A stretch of DNA of 40,863 nt from a virus: IMG/VR virus record IMGVR_UViG_3300045988_129344; one strand, written 5' to 3'. The notes beneath the pieces are model-generated. The model ran no database searches. It had not been told where the DNA came from and worked only from the letters and a program-made list of their open reading frames with translations. This document shows, one piece after another, positions 34,112 to 40,863 of the stretch (positions within the stretch are counted from its first letter, which is position 1; each line of letters starts with the position of its first letter). A program made the translations under genes and the position numbers.

Positions 34112-34894
34112 ATGAATAATTTACAGATTGTAAAATCAGCACAATTCGGAGAGGTACAATGTGATGTGTACTCAGATAGTCAAGATATGTTTATGACAAT
34201 AAGTCAGTTATCTGATTGCTTAGGATATGCCGACAGAAAGAGTATCGAAAAGATAATCGAACGTAATCCTTACTTAAAAGATAAAGAGTTTTCAGTTACC
34301 GACAAATTGTCGGCTACTGATGGTAAGAAGTATAATACTCGTATTTTCACAGAAGACGGCATATATGAAGTTACCTTTCTCGCAAAAACTGAAAAAGCAA
34401 AAGAGTTCAGAGCGTGGGTAAGAAAACTACTGAAATCTTTAAGAAAAGGCGAAACGGTTAATATTGCAGCAGACCACTTAAAAGAAATTGAATTACAAGC
34501 AAAACGTGACAGAGCCACCGCAATGTTGCTTAATGCTCAAAATCGTATGATAAAAACGCTTTTATCGAACACTAAGGACAAAAACTTATCACAGATTGCG
34601 ATTGATGTTATGGGCATTAAAGCGGTGGAGCAGATAACGGGTAAGAATATGAACCAGTATTTACCCGAATGTGAAAAACTTTATTCAGCAACCGAAGTCG
34701 GTGGAATGTTCGGTGTATCGGCTATGAAAATTGGCAAGACTGCCAATGCAAGCGGACTTAAAAATGATACATACGGTAAAACTGTTATGAGCAAGTCAAA
34801 ACATAGTTCTAAAGAGGTACAACAGTTTTTATACAACGAAAAAGGCGTACAAGCTTTAGGCAAGATTTTAGGCAAGACCGTTAAAACGGCGTAG
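34112..34894 (+). CDS. Bro-N domain antirepressor
   Basis: TISQLSDCLGY...YNTRIFTEDGIYEVTFLAKTEKAKEFRAWVRKLL fits the Bro-N pattern. There is also a C-terminal ANT/KilAC-like region. Confidence 0.75.
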   Translation: MNNLQIVKSAQFGEVQCDVYSDSQDMFMTISQLSDCLGYADRKSIEKIIERNPYLKDKEFSVTDKLSATDGKKYNTRIFTEDGIYEVTFLAKTEKAKEFRAWVRKLLKSLRKGETVNIAADHLKEIELQAKRDRATAMLLNAQNRMIKTLLSNTKDKNLSQIAIDVMGIKAVEQITGKNMNQYLPECEKLYSATEVGGMFGVSAMKIGKTANASGLKNDTYGKTVMSKSKHSSKEVQQFLYNEKGVQALGKILGKTVKTA

Positions 34895-34906
34895 GAGGAA
34901 TTTGTG

Positions 34907-35179
34907 ATGAAAAGTGAATTGATAAATCAAATTTATGCAGACGTTTCACAGAGCGAGGAATATCAAAAATCAGAAGAAATGAAACAGTTAACTAAAATAC
35001 AAGATGAGCAGGGGAAAGCCATAAGAAAGACCGTAGGGGATAGAATGTATATAAACAATATTGATGGATTTGTTTCAGCGTCGGAGGCTGGTTGTGAACG
35101 TTACGGTTTTATTTTGGGTTTTAAATATGCAATGCGACTTATACAAGAATGTTTCAATCCAACAGGACAGAATATATGA
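34907..35179 (+). CDS. Hypothetical protein (90 aa)
   Basis: ATG at 34907, 8 nt after AGGAGG. Confidence 0.55.
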   Translation: MKSELINQIYADVSQSEEYQKSEEMKQLTKIQDEQGKAIRKTVGDRMYINNIDGFVSASEAGCERYGFILGFKYAMRLIQECFNPTGQNI

Positions 35180-35188
35180 ATCGGAATT

Positions 35189-35212
35189 AAGCACCTTTTG
35201 GGGTGCTTTTTT
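35189..35212 (+). terminator. Rho-independent terminator
   Basis: aagcacc / ggtgctt stem followed by a T-run. Confidence 0.75.
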
Positions 35213-35259
35213 CGTACAAAAAATGAGGTGACACAATGTACAGACGAATACCACCATAG

Positions 35260-35281
35260 CACGCGAACGGCGTGTTTTTTT
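35260..35281 (+). terminator. Second terminator-like hairpin
   Basis: cacgc-gaacg-gcgtg stem followed by TTTTTTT. Confidence 0.55.
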
Positions 35282-35325
35282 AATACCAAAATCACAATCA
35301 ATTACGATTAGAAAGGAATGATAAA

Positions 35326-37422
35326 ATGAAATTAAATTTTAATTTTAGCGGTAAAACGCTGTTAAAGGATTGGTGGAAGATTGTTCGTGATAATTTCACG
35401 GCAATTCAAACCGAGCATAACACACTGTCCAACAAATTGGATACAGAAATAACGCAACGCACTAACGCTGATGTAGGTTTGGCGGACAAAATCACTGCCG
35501 AAACCAAGGTGAGGGAAAGTGCGGATAGTTCGTTAAACAGTCGTATAAACAACGAAGTGACAATACGACAGGCGGCGGATAATGAACTGCAACGTAATAT
35601 TGACAGTGAAATCACCGAAAGGCAGACGGCAGATACCAATATTTCAAATTCAGTGAAAGCCGAAGAATCAGCAAGAAAAAGTGCTGACAAAGAATTGAAA
35701 GCACGTATTGATGAAATCAATGCGAACACCGAAACAACTATACTGTTTGGCGACAAAAAGCAACATACAGTAAAATTTGTTGCACCGAGTAAGCCTACAC
35801 TATATTTTGACGGACAACAAGAATATTATGGCGAGAGTATGGCGGTTGATATTACACTGAAAGACGCGTTTTACATTGACGGGAAACAGATTGCCGGAAC
35901 GTTTTCAGAACCGTGTATAAATGTACCAATAGACGGCATTTATATTGTTGTTCGCTATGATTTTATTAAAAATACGTGTAGTATATCATCAAATTCTACA
36001 TCTGTACCGTCGGCAATTTCGGGTGATGTATGGACATTTACATTGTATCATATTCACGATATAAATTTAGAAATGAAGATAGACAGCGAATCGCCGACAG
36101 GGGAAAGATATGAGTTTGTATCGGCGACGGTTGATTATGTCATAGAAAACGAAAATACCACAGGCGACAGTTATTTCATCACCAATACATACGAACGTGT
36201 TCGTACATTGGCAGATTTGGCAACTGTCAATAAAAATTCATTTATTGACGCTGTAAATGAAAATGCAAAAAATATTACAGATATAACAAAAAATCAAATA
36301 TTTGTGCAATGCGACGGCGACCACGACGAATTAAAATTACAGGCGGCGATAGATAGCGCGCCGTATAAAAGTATTATATATCCTGTAGGTGAATTGTGCG
36401 TTATTACAAATGCAAATATGAAGTCGGGTTACGGAATGACGGGAACTAATAACGGTGTGGCAATTCCGTTAAAGGGCGGTATGACGTTAGACGGTTCAAT
36501 GTGCGATACAATTATGTTCAAAAATACAAATTCTGTCGCAAAACAATATGTTTTTCATCTGCCGGAAGGCGCTAAAATGCAAAATGTAAAATTTACAGAG
36601 GACACGGACACTGTAACGGCGGACACGGTTAATCCGACAGTATTATTAGCGCAAAGTAGTTCACAGATAATATCCTGTACATTCTACGATATATTTAGTA
36701 CACATCAATTCGGTGTATCAACGTTTGAAATGAGCAACGTTCTGTTTTTGAACAACGTCATAGATACGTTCGCAGGTGCACCGGCAAATAATTTGACATA
36801 CGAAATAAAAATCGCAGGCAATTCGTTTGTTATGGGTAACAAATTTTTGAATTTCACGCAAAAAGAACAATCGTTAGGATATATGCTACAGGCGTCAACC
36901 GTTATATTTGTAAACAATTATATGTCCGGTTTTACAAATTGCAGTATTGATATAGGCAAAAAAATAGTAGGCAATATATTTAAAACGTTTACTGATTGCA
37001 GTATCGATATAAATGGCGAAATTTCGGACAATGAATTTGCAGCAATTACACAGAACACAAAAACACCGTTTATATACACCAAGGGGATTACATTAATCAG
37101 CGGAAACAGAATGCCTGTTATAAAAATTAATTCCGAATATATCGATTTTATCGAATGCGGAAATTATGCCGTTATATGCGGAAATTATATGCACATTTCC
37201 GCAGGCCCTACGTCGGGACAGTGTAATCTAATATCAGCCAGCAGTCAGACGCTGATAGCAGATAATATATTTAGGACAACGGCGTCTGTAACGGCAAATG
37301 CTGATTTTTCAATTATATACAGCGACGGTAAAACAGTAGTCAAAAATAACGTGACAAATGCCGTATCAATCGGAACGTTCGGCGATACGTGCGTTGTTGA
37401 CGGAAATGTGACAGGGTGGTGA
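35326..37422 (+). CDS. Tail fibre / receptor-binding protein (N-terminal repeat coiled coil, C-terminal beta-helix-like repeats)
   Basis: Five E..R..AD..L repeats between residues about 40 and 125. The C-terminal region carries periodic GN/DN motifs (ISGNRMPV, ICGNYMHI, IADNIFRT, VKNNVTN, VDGNVTGW). Confidence 0.7.
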   Translation: MKLNFNFSGKTLLKDWWKIVRDNFTAIQTEHNTLSNKLDTEITQRTNADVGLADKITAETKVRESADSSLNSRINNEVTIRQAADNELQRNIDSEITERQTADTNISNSVKAEESARKSADKELKARIDEINANTETTILFGDKKQHTVKFVAPSKPTLYFDGQQEYYGESMAVDITLKDAFYIDGKQIAGTFSEPCINVPIDGIYIVVRYDFIKNTCSISSNSTSVPSAISGDVWTFTLYHIHDINLEMKIDSESPTGERYEFVSATVDYVIENENTTGDSYFITNTYERVRTLADLATVNKNSFIDAVNENAKNITDITKNQIFVQCDGDHDELKLQAAIDSAPYKSIIYPVGELCVITNANMKSGYGMTGTNNGVAIPLKGGMTLDGSMCDTIMFKNTNSVAKQYVFHLPEGAKMQNVKFTEDTDTVTADTVNPTVLLAQSSSQIISCTFYDIFSTHQFGVSTFEMSNVLFLNNVIDTFAGAPANNLTYEIKIAGNSFVMGNKFLNFTQKEQSLGYMLQASTVIFVNNYMSGFTNCSIDIGKKIVGNIFKTFTDCSIDINGEISDNEFAAITQNTKTPFIYTKGITLISGNRMPVIKINSEYIDFIECGNYAVICGNYMHISAGPTSGQCNLISASSQTLIADNIFRTTASVTANADFSIIYSDGKTVVKNNVTNAVSIGTFGDTCVVDGNVTGW

Positions 37423-37426
37423 TATT

Positions 37427-37810
37427 ATGTACAAATTTTATAGTAAAAACGGAACAGCACAATTTTATGAACGCGGTGTTGAAATTGACGGCACGGTGTA
37501 CGGAATACGAACTGACAGCGACATACTGCGAATTAAACGCAGTGTTTTAAACAGCAAATTTGCTGAAAGCGAAGAAGATTTTGATATGAATGTAGAAATC
37601 GCAAAAATTCAGCATACAGACATCACATTTGAACAGCCTACGGCAGAACAGCTGTCACAGATACAGGCGAAGAAATTTGATAGTATGTCGGATATGAAAC
37701 AGCACGTTCAGTCTGTTATGAGCGGTGACGAAACAATGTCACAAGACGAAATCAACGCAATGCTGATGTTACAGATTGCGGAACTGAAAGCAGGTGTTGA
37801 CGGTGAATAA
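37427..37810 (+). CDS. Hypothetical protein (position equivalent to XkdW-like tail accessory)
   Basis: ORF between the fibre and XkdX-like genes. No motif recognised. Confidence 0.55.
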   Translation: MYKFYSKNGTAQFYERGVEIDGTVYGIRTDSDILRIKRSVLNSKFAESEEDFDMNVEIAKIQHTDITFEQPTAEQLSQIQAKKFDSMSDMKQHVQSVMSGDETMSQDEINAMLMLQIAELKAGVDGE

Positions 37811-37925
37811 AACATTGATACGTAAATACTATCAAATGGGTATTTACAAAGAAAAACATTTAGATATATTCGTCAAGGCGGGATATATCACAGAGAACGA
37901 GAAAAAAGAAATTATGGAGGGTTAA
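37803..37925 (+). CDS. XkdX-family small protein (40 aa)
   Basis: VNKTLIRKYYQMGIYKEKHLDIFVKAGYITENEKKEIMEG fits the XkdX pattern (yY..g.Y....fV.kG.IT.e....I.G). GTG start 6 nt after AGGTG. Confidence 0.55.
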   Translation: MNKTLIRKYYQMGIYKEKHLDIFVKAGYITENEKKEIMEG

Positions 37926-37928
37926 TTT

Positions 37929-38336
37929 ATGGATAAGATTTTTAATTGGACAAGTACGGTAATAGGAATTGTGGGCGGTTTCTTTGCCGCCCTGTTCGGC
38001 AAATGGGATAGCATTTTGTGGGCACTGTTGGTGATAATGGTGCTTGATTATTTAACGGGTGTTATTAAAGCAATCTATACAAAAACAATGTCGAGTGAGA
38101 TTGGGTTTAAAGGACTGCTGAAAAAGATAACTATATTAATTATAGTAGCGTTATCAAACGTCTTGCAACAGATTACAGGTGATAACGTCGCAATTCGTGA
38201 GATTGTTATTATGTTCTACATAGCAAATGAGGGTATAAGCGTGTTGGAGAATGTGGCGGTAATTTACCCGCGAATGCCACAAAAGTTGAAAGATATATTA
38301 CTGCAATTACGCGGTGAAGATGATACGGAGGAATAA
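37929..38336 (+). CDS. Holin (phage_holin_4_1 / Hol44-type)
   Basis: Multiple TM segments. LVIMVLDYLTGVIKAIYTK...FKGLLKKI...YIANEGISVLENV. Confidence 0.88.
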   Translation: MDKIFNWTSTVIGIVGGFFAALFGKWDSILWALLVIMVLDYLTGVIKAIYTKTMSSEIGFKGLLKKITILIIVALSNVLQQITGDNVAIREIVIMFYIANEGISVLENVAVIYPRMPQKLKDILLQLRGEDDTEE

Positions 38337-38338
38337 GT

Positions 38339-39130
38339 ATGGATATTCAAATCAAACAGGGTCCGCAGTGCCACCCGTCCAACTGTTATACATATAGGAA
38401 TGACGATATTTTATTTATCGTCATTCATTTTACAGGTAATAACGGTGACACGGCGCTAAATAACTGTACATTTTTCAGCGGTGAAAATCGCAAGGCGTCG
38501 GCAAATTATTTTTCGGGAAATGACGGTATTTATCAATCTGTTCCTGATAATTGGGCGGCGTGGGCTGTCGGCGGTACAAAAAATTACAAACACCCGTATT
38601 GTAGGAATATGAACAGTATTTCAATAGAAATGTGTAGCCGCATTGGTGCAGACGGTAAATATTATATCGATGATGACGTGGTGGAACAGACAATTAAATT
38701 AACAAAATATTTGATGAATAAATACGGTGTGCCGGCACAGAATGTACTGCGTCATTATGACGTGTGGGACAAACAATGTCCTGAACCGTTTGTGCGTAAA
38801 CCGGAACTATGGCAAGATTTTAAAAATAAATTAAGTGAAAGTGAGGGACTGACAATGGAGCAGTACAATGAATTAAAATCATTAATCACGAAACAGGCGG
38901 CAGAAATAAATGATTTGCGTAATGTAAATCAACAGTTGGTAAACGTAGTCCAAACGACTATGATTTATAATTATGTTGATGACAATATGCCCGATTGGGC
39001 AAGACCGGCAGTACAGGCGGCTATGGACTGTGGTGCGATCCAAGGGGATGAACAGGGTAGATTGGGACTGTCATATAAAGACTTAAGGGCAATTTGTAGA
39101 GAGTACAGATGTGGTATGTATAATAAGTAG
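38339..39130 (+). CDS. Endolysin, N-acetylmuramoyl-L-alanine amidase (Amidase_2) with a C-terminal wall-binding region
   Basis: IVIHFTGN...ASANYFSGNDGIYQSVPD...NSISIEMC...RHYDVWDKQCPEPF. Confidence 0.9.
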   Translation: MDIQIKQGPQCHPSNCYTYRNDDILFIVIHFTGNNGDTALNNCTFFSGENRKASANYFSGNDGIYQSVPDNWAAWAVGGTKNYKHPYCRNMNSISIEMCSRIGADGKYYIDDDVVEQTIKLTKYLMNKYGVPAQNVLRHYDVWDKQCPEPFVRKPELWQDFKNKLSESEGLTMEQYNELKSLITKQAAEINDLRNVNQQLVNVVQTTMIYNYVDDNMPDWARPAVQAAMDCGAIQGDEQGRLGLSYKDLRAICREYRCGMYNK

Positions 39131-39136
39131 CTTTGA

Positions 39137-39165
39137 GGGTGGTGTAATGCCACCCTTATTTTTTG
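39137..39165 (+). terminator. Rho-independent terminator after the lysis cassette
   Basis: agggtgg / ccaccct stem followed by T-rich sequence. Confidence 0.75.
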
Positions 39166-39295
39166 ACAAAAAATAATGGAGCTTATAGAAATTACGGTGA
39201 AAAATATTCTTCAAGTGGCATAAAGCAAGCCGCAAGAAAGAAAGCAAACGAAAAGTTTGAAAAGCTGTTTACAGAAAAAGTTGAATAGATGGAAA

Positions 39296-39328
39296 AAAGA
39301 CAGAAAATTCGCATTTTCTGTCTTTTTT
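39296..39328 (+). terminator. Strong rho-independent terminator
   Basis: aaagacagaaaat-tcgc-attttctgtcttt 13-bp stem followed by a T-run. Confidence 0.8.
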
Positions 39329-39427
39329 GTGGAAATAAACATATTTTAATGATTAAATTTGTGTATAATGTGAATTAAATGGGGTATGGTTTTATGATAC
39401 AATATAAACGAAGAGGAGGATATATAA

Positions 39428-40468
39428 ATGTGGAAAAAAATAGAGTTTAAAGGAAAGAATAAAAAAAAAGAGAACAGTTTAAAGAATGAATATGAAAAAG
39501 AGAGTATTTTAGAAAAAGGACACAAAAAAAATATACATGGACGTGCAATTAGTGCGACAATTATTGGTATACTATTATTAATAATAAATTTTTTTGTAGG
39601 AATTGAAGGGCGAAGAAGAGGAGGAACAGTTGAAAATGTAGTAGAATGTATTAGTACAGCAATAAATAGTGTTGTAAGTATAATACTTGGTTTAGGTGTA
39701 GGATCACTCGTATTAGATTTTTTTAGCTACATTGAATACACTCAAGAAAAAATCAAAGATGTAATGATAACAAAAGATTATTTGAATACTATTTCAAATG
39801 ATGAAAAACGAGCATTAATAAAAAAGTTACAGTCGTCATTGTATTTCAAAAGCGAAAATATCCCTGAAGATAGTTTGTATACAAGAATACACGATAAAAT
39901 ATTGCCGTTGATGGATAAAGAATATTTAGAAAAATATTCTTTACATATTGATTGTAGTATACAAGAAAGTAAAATAGTGAAGAATATGTATCATGAATTA
40001 ATTATATATTCAAAGCATGCGAAAAAATTCATATTGCCATTCGCTATATATATAAAGAAGAGTGATACTGTAGAGGATAGTTATATAGTTAATGAGTTGG
40101 AGTTTAATGGTGAAAAGCAAACATATACCTGCGATAAGCCTGATGAGGATTATGAAGATGGAGAAGTAAAAAGATATTCTATAACTTATGAATTTGATTT
40201 AAAACAAGGATTAAATTCAATTAAGTATCAAAGTAATAGTGTAGTAGATATAAAAGATGAAGAATATGCGCATAGAGTATCAATTCCAACAAAACATTAT
40301 TCTGCAGAAATTGCATGGGATAACGATGACTATCGTATAGAGGGCTATGGATTTGCGTTAGATAACAAAAGTATAATATCTAAAAACTATAATAAAATGT
40401 GTAAAATAGAAGTTGATGATTGGCTATTGCCAGGAGAAGGTTGTATCTTTACAATAAATAAAAGATAG
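39428..40468 (+). CDS. AT-rich cargo gene encoding a 2-TM membrane protein with a C-terminal domain of about 245 aa of unknown function
   Basis: Lys-rich N-tail. TM1 AISATIIGILLLIINFFVGI. TM2 AINSVVSIILGLGVGSLVLDFF. RBS GAGGAGGA. A TATAAT at about 39366 lies upstream. Confidence 0.7.
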   Translation: MWKKIEFKGKNKKKENSLKNEYEKESILEKGHKKNIHGRAISATIIGILLLIINFFVGIEGRRRGGTVENVVECISTAINSVVSIILGLGVGSLVLDFFSYIEYTQEKIKDVMITKDYLNTISNDEKRALIKKLQSSLYFKSENIPEDSLYTRIHDKILPLMDKEYLEKYSLHIDCSIQESKIVKNMYHELIIYSKHAKKFILPFAIYIKKSDTVEDSYIVNELEFNGEKQTYTCDKPDEDYEDGEVKRYSITYEFDLKQGLNSIKYQSNSVVDIKDEEYAHRVSIPTKHYSAEIAWDNDDYRIEGYGFALDNKSIISKNYNKMCKIEVDDWLLPGEGCIFTINKR

Positions 40469-40586
40469 ACTTGAAAAAAATTTTTATATATGTTACAATA
40501 TATTTAGAACGGAGGAATGCCACATGAAATTTTACAAGGAAATACAGATTGGTGGTTAAATTGTTACGCAAATATGATATTGATGA

Positions 40587-40618
40587 AGAGAGACGTTCCG
40601 GTAATAGAATGTCTCTCT
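40587..40618 (+). other. Hairpin (8-bp stem, 16-nt loop) upstream of the att arm repeats
   Basis: agagagac (40587-40594) pairs with gtctctct (40611-40618). Confidence 0.4.
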
Positions 40619-40650
40619 TTGCTATTGCATCATTTTTTTACTCTGTTTTT

Positions 40651-40687
40651 TGACTAAAATCTGACTAACTTTTGACTAACTGACTAA
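40651..40687 (+). promoter_or_regulatory. Four TGACTAA arm-type repeats (putative integrase P arm sites)
   Basis: TGACTAA at 40651, 40662, 40673 and 40681, all in the same orientation. Confidence 0.55.
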
Positions 40688-40702
40688 CAAAAAAGTATAA
40701 CA

Positions 40703-40731
40703 TTTTATCACTTTTTATCACTTTTTATCAC
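40703..40731 (+). repeat. Three tandem TTTTATCAC repeats with a 10-bp period
   Basis: ttttatcac at 40703-11, 40713-21 and 40723-31, between the arm repeats and the core. Candidate Xis or bending-protein sites. Confidence 0.5.
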
Positions 40732-40808
40732 GTTGATTTTCTTCTCGCAAGCACTAAAAAACCGCATAAACACTTGACATTCAAGCATTTATACGGTTTA
40801 TGATGAGT

Positions 40809-40863
40809 TGGTACGCCCGGAGGGATTCGAACCCCTTAAATATTTAATGAATATGCGGTTTCT
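40809..40863. repeat. Terminal direct repeat copy 2 (att core region)
   Basis: Exact 55/55 match to 1-55, and it runs to the last base of the window. Confidence 0.95.

Larger units (their letters stand above)
1..40863. mobile_element. Complete temperate siphovirus genome (integrase-to-cargo modular order), either circularised or an excised-prophage unit
   Basis: Contiguous lysogeny, replication, packaging, head, tail and lysis modules. Identical 55-mers sit at both window ends. A tyrosine integrase lies next to a tRNA-3'-end-like core. Confidence 0.9.

Noticed and set aside
35221-35262. Tiny ORF (MYRRIPP) between the two terminators
   Set aside because: It is 7 codons long with a weak context. 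It is more likely non-coding spacer between the hairpins.
40651-40731. Possible CRISPR-like array (TGACTAA and TTTTATCAC repeats)
   Set aside because: The repeats are only 7-9 bp with a period of about 10-11 bp and no spacers of CRISPR size. Their position flanking the att core fits recombinase or accessory-protein binding sites.

Overview
The window is a complete temperate siphovirus genome of about 40.8 kb, probably from a low-GC Gram-positive (likely clostridial) host. The host call is inferred from GGAGG-type ribosome binding sites, a Hol44-type holin, an Amidase_2 endolysin and a Cu-amine-oxidase-N-type secreted protein. The same 55-mer is present at both ends (1-55 = 40809-40863). Its outer 28 nt mimic a tRNA T-arm/acceptor/CCA on the minus strand, and six TGACTAA arm-type repeats flank it, so it is the att site next to a tyrosine integrase.

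Gene order:
- Lysogeny module on the minus strand: int, a small ORF, a RelE/ParE-like toxin, and a CI/LexA-like S24 repressor.
- Divergent operator/promoter region and a Cro-like gene.
- Early region of small genes, including two unusual leftward cassettes.
- Recombination/replication module: Gp157, Sak4-like ATPase, DUF669 SSB-like protein, DUF927-like helicase, an iteron-rich ori-like gap, SNF2 helicase, VRR-NUC nuclease.
- A minimal class-II nucleotidyltransferase-like gene, a sigma-r4-like late regulator, and a frameshifted N6-adenine methyltransferase.
- TerS/TerL, SPP1-type portal, MuF/gp7 protein with a foreign-looking C-terminal extension, scaffold, HK97-fold capsid, and connector/tail genes including a G/GT -1 frameshift chaperone and a 1691-aa tape measure.
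- Dit and Tal, followed by an inserted accessory and regulatory block: a secreted moron and a divergent HTH pair plus Bro-N antirepressor, which resembles P22 immI.
- Tail fibre, XkdX, holin and amidase.
- Finally, an AT-rich 2TM cargo gene next to att.

No rRNA gene, full tRNA gene, CRISPR array or transposase was seen.

Most interesting candidates:
- The duplicated-promoter convergent cassettes (2815-3800).
- The MuF C-terminal extension plus small ORF (19.1-19.9 kb).
- The immI-like second immunity region (33.0-35.2 kb).
- The repressor-RelE-orf operon.
- The NTase-like gene.
- The terminal 2TM moron.
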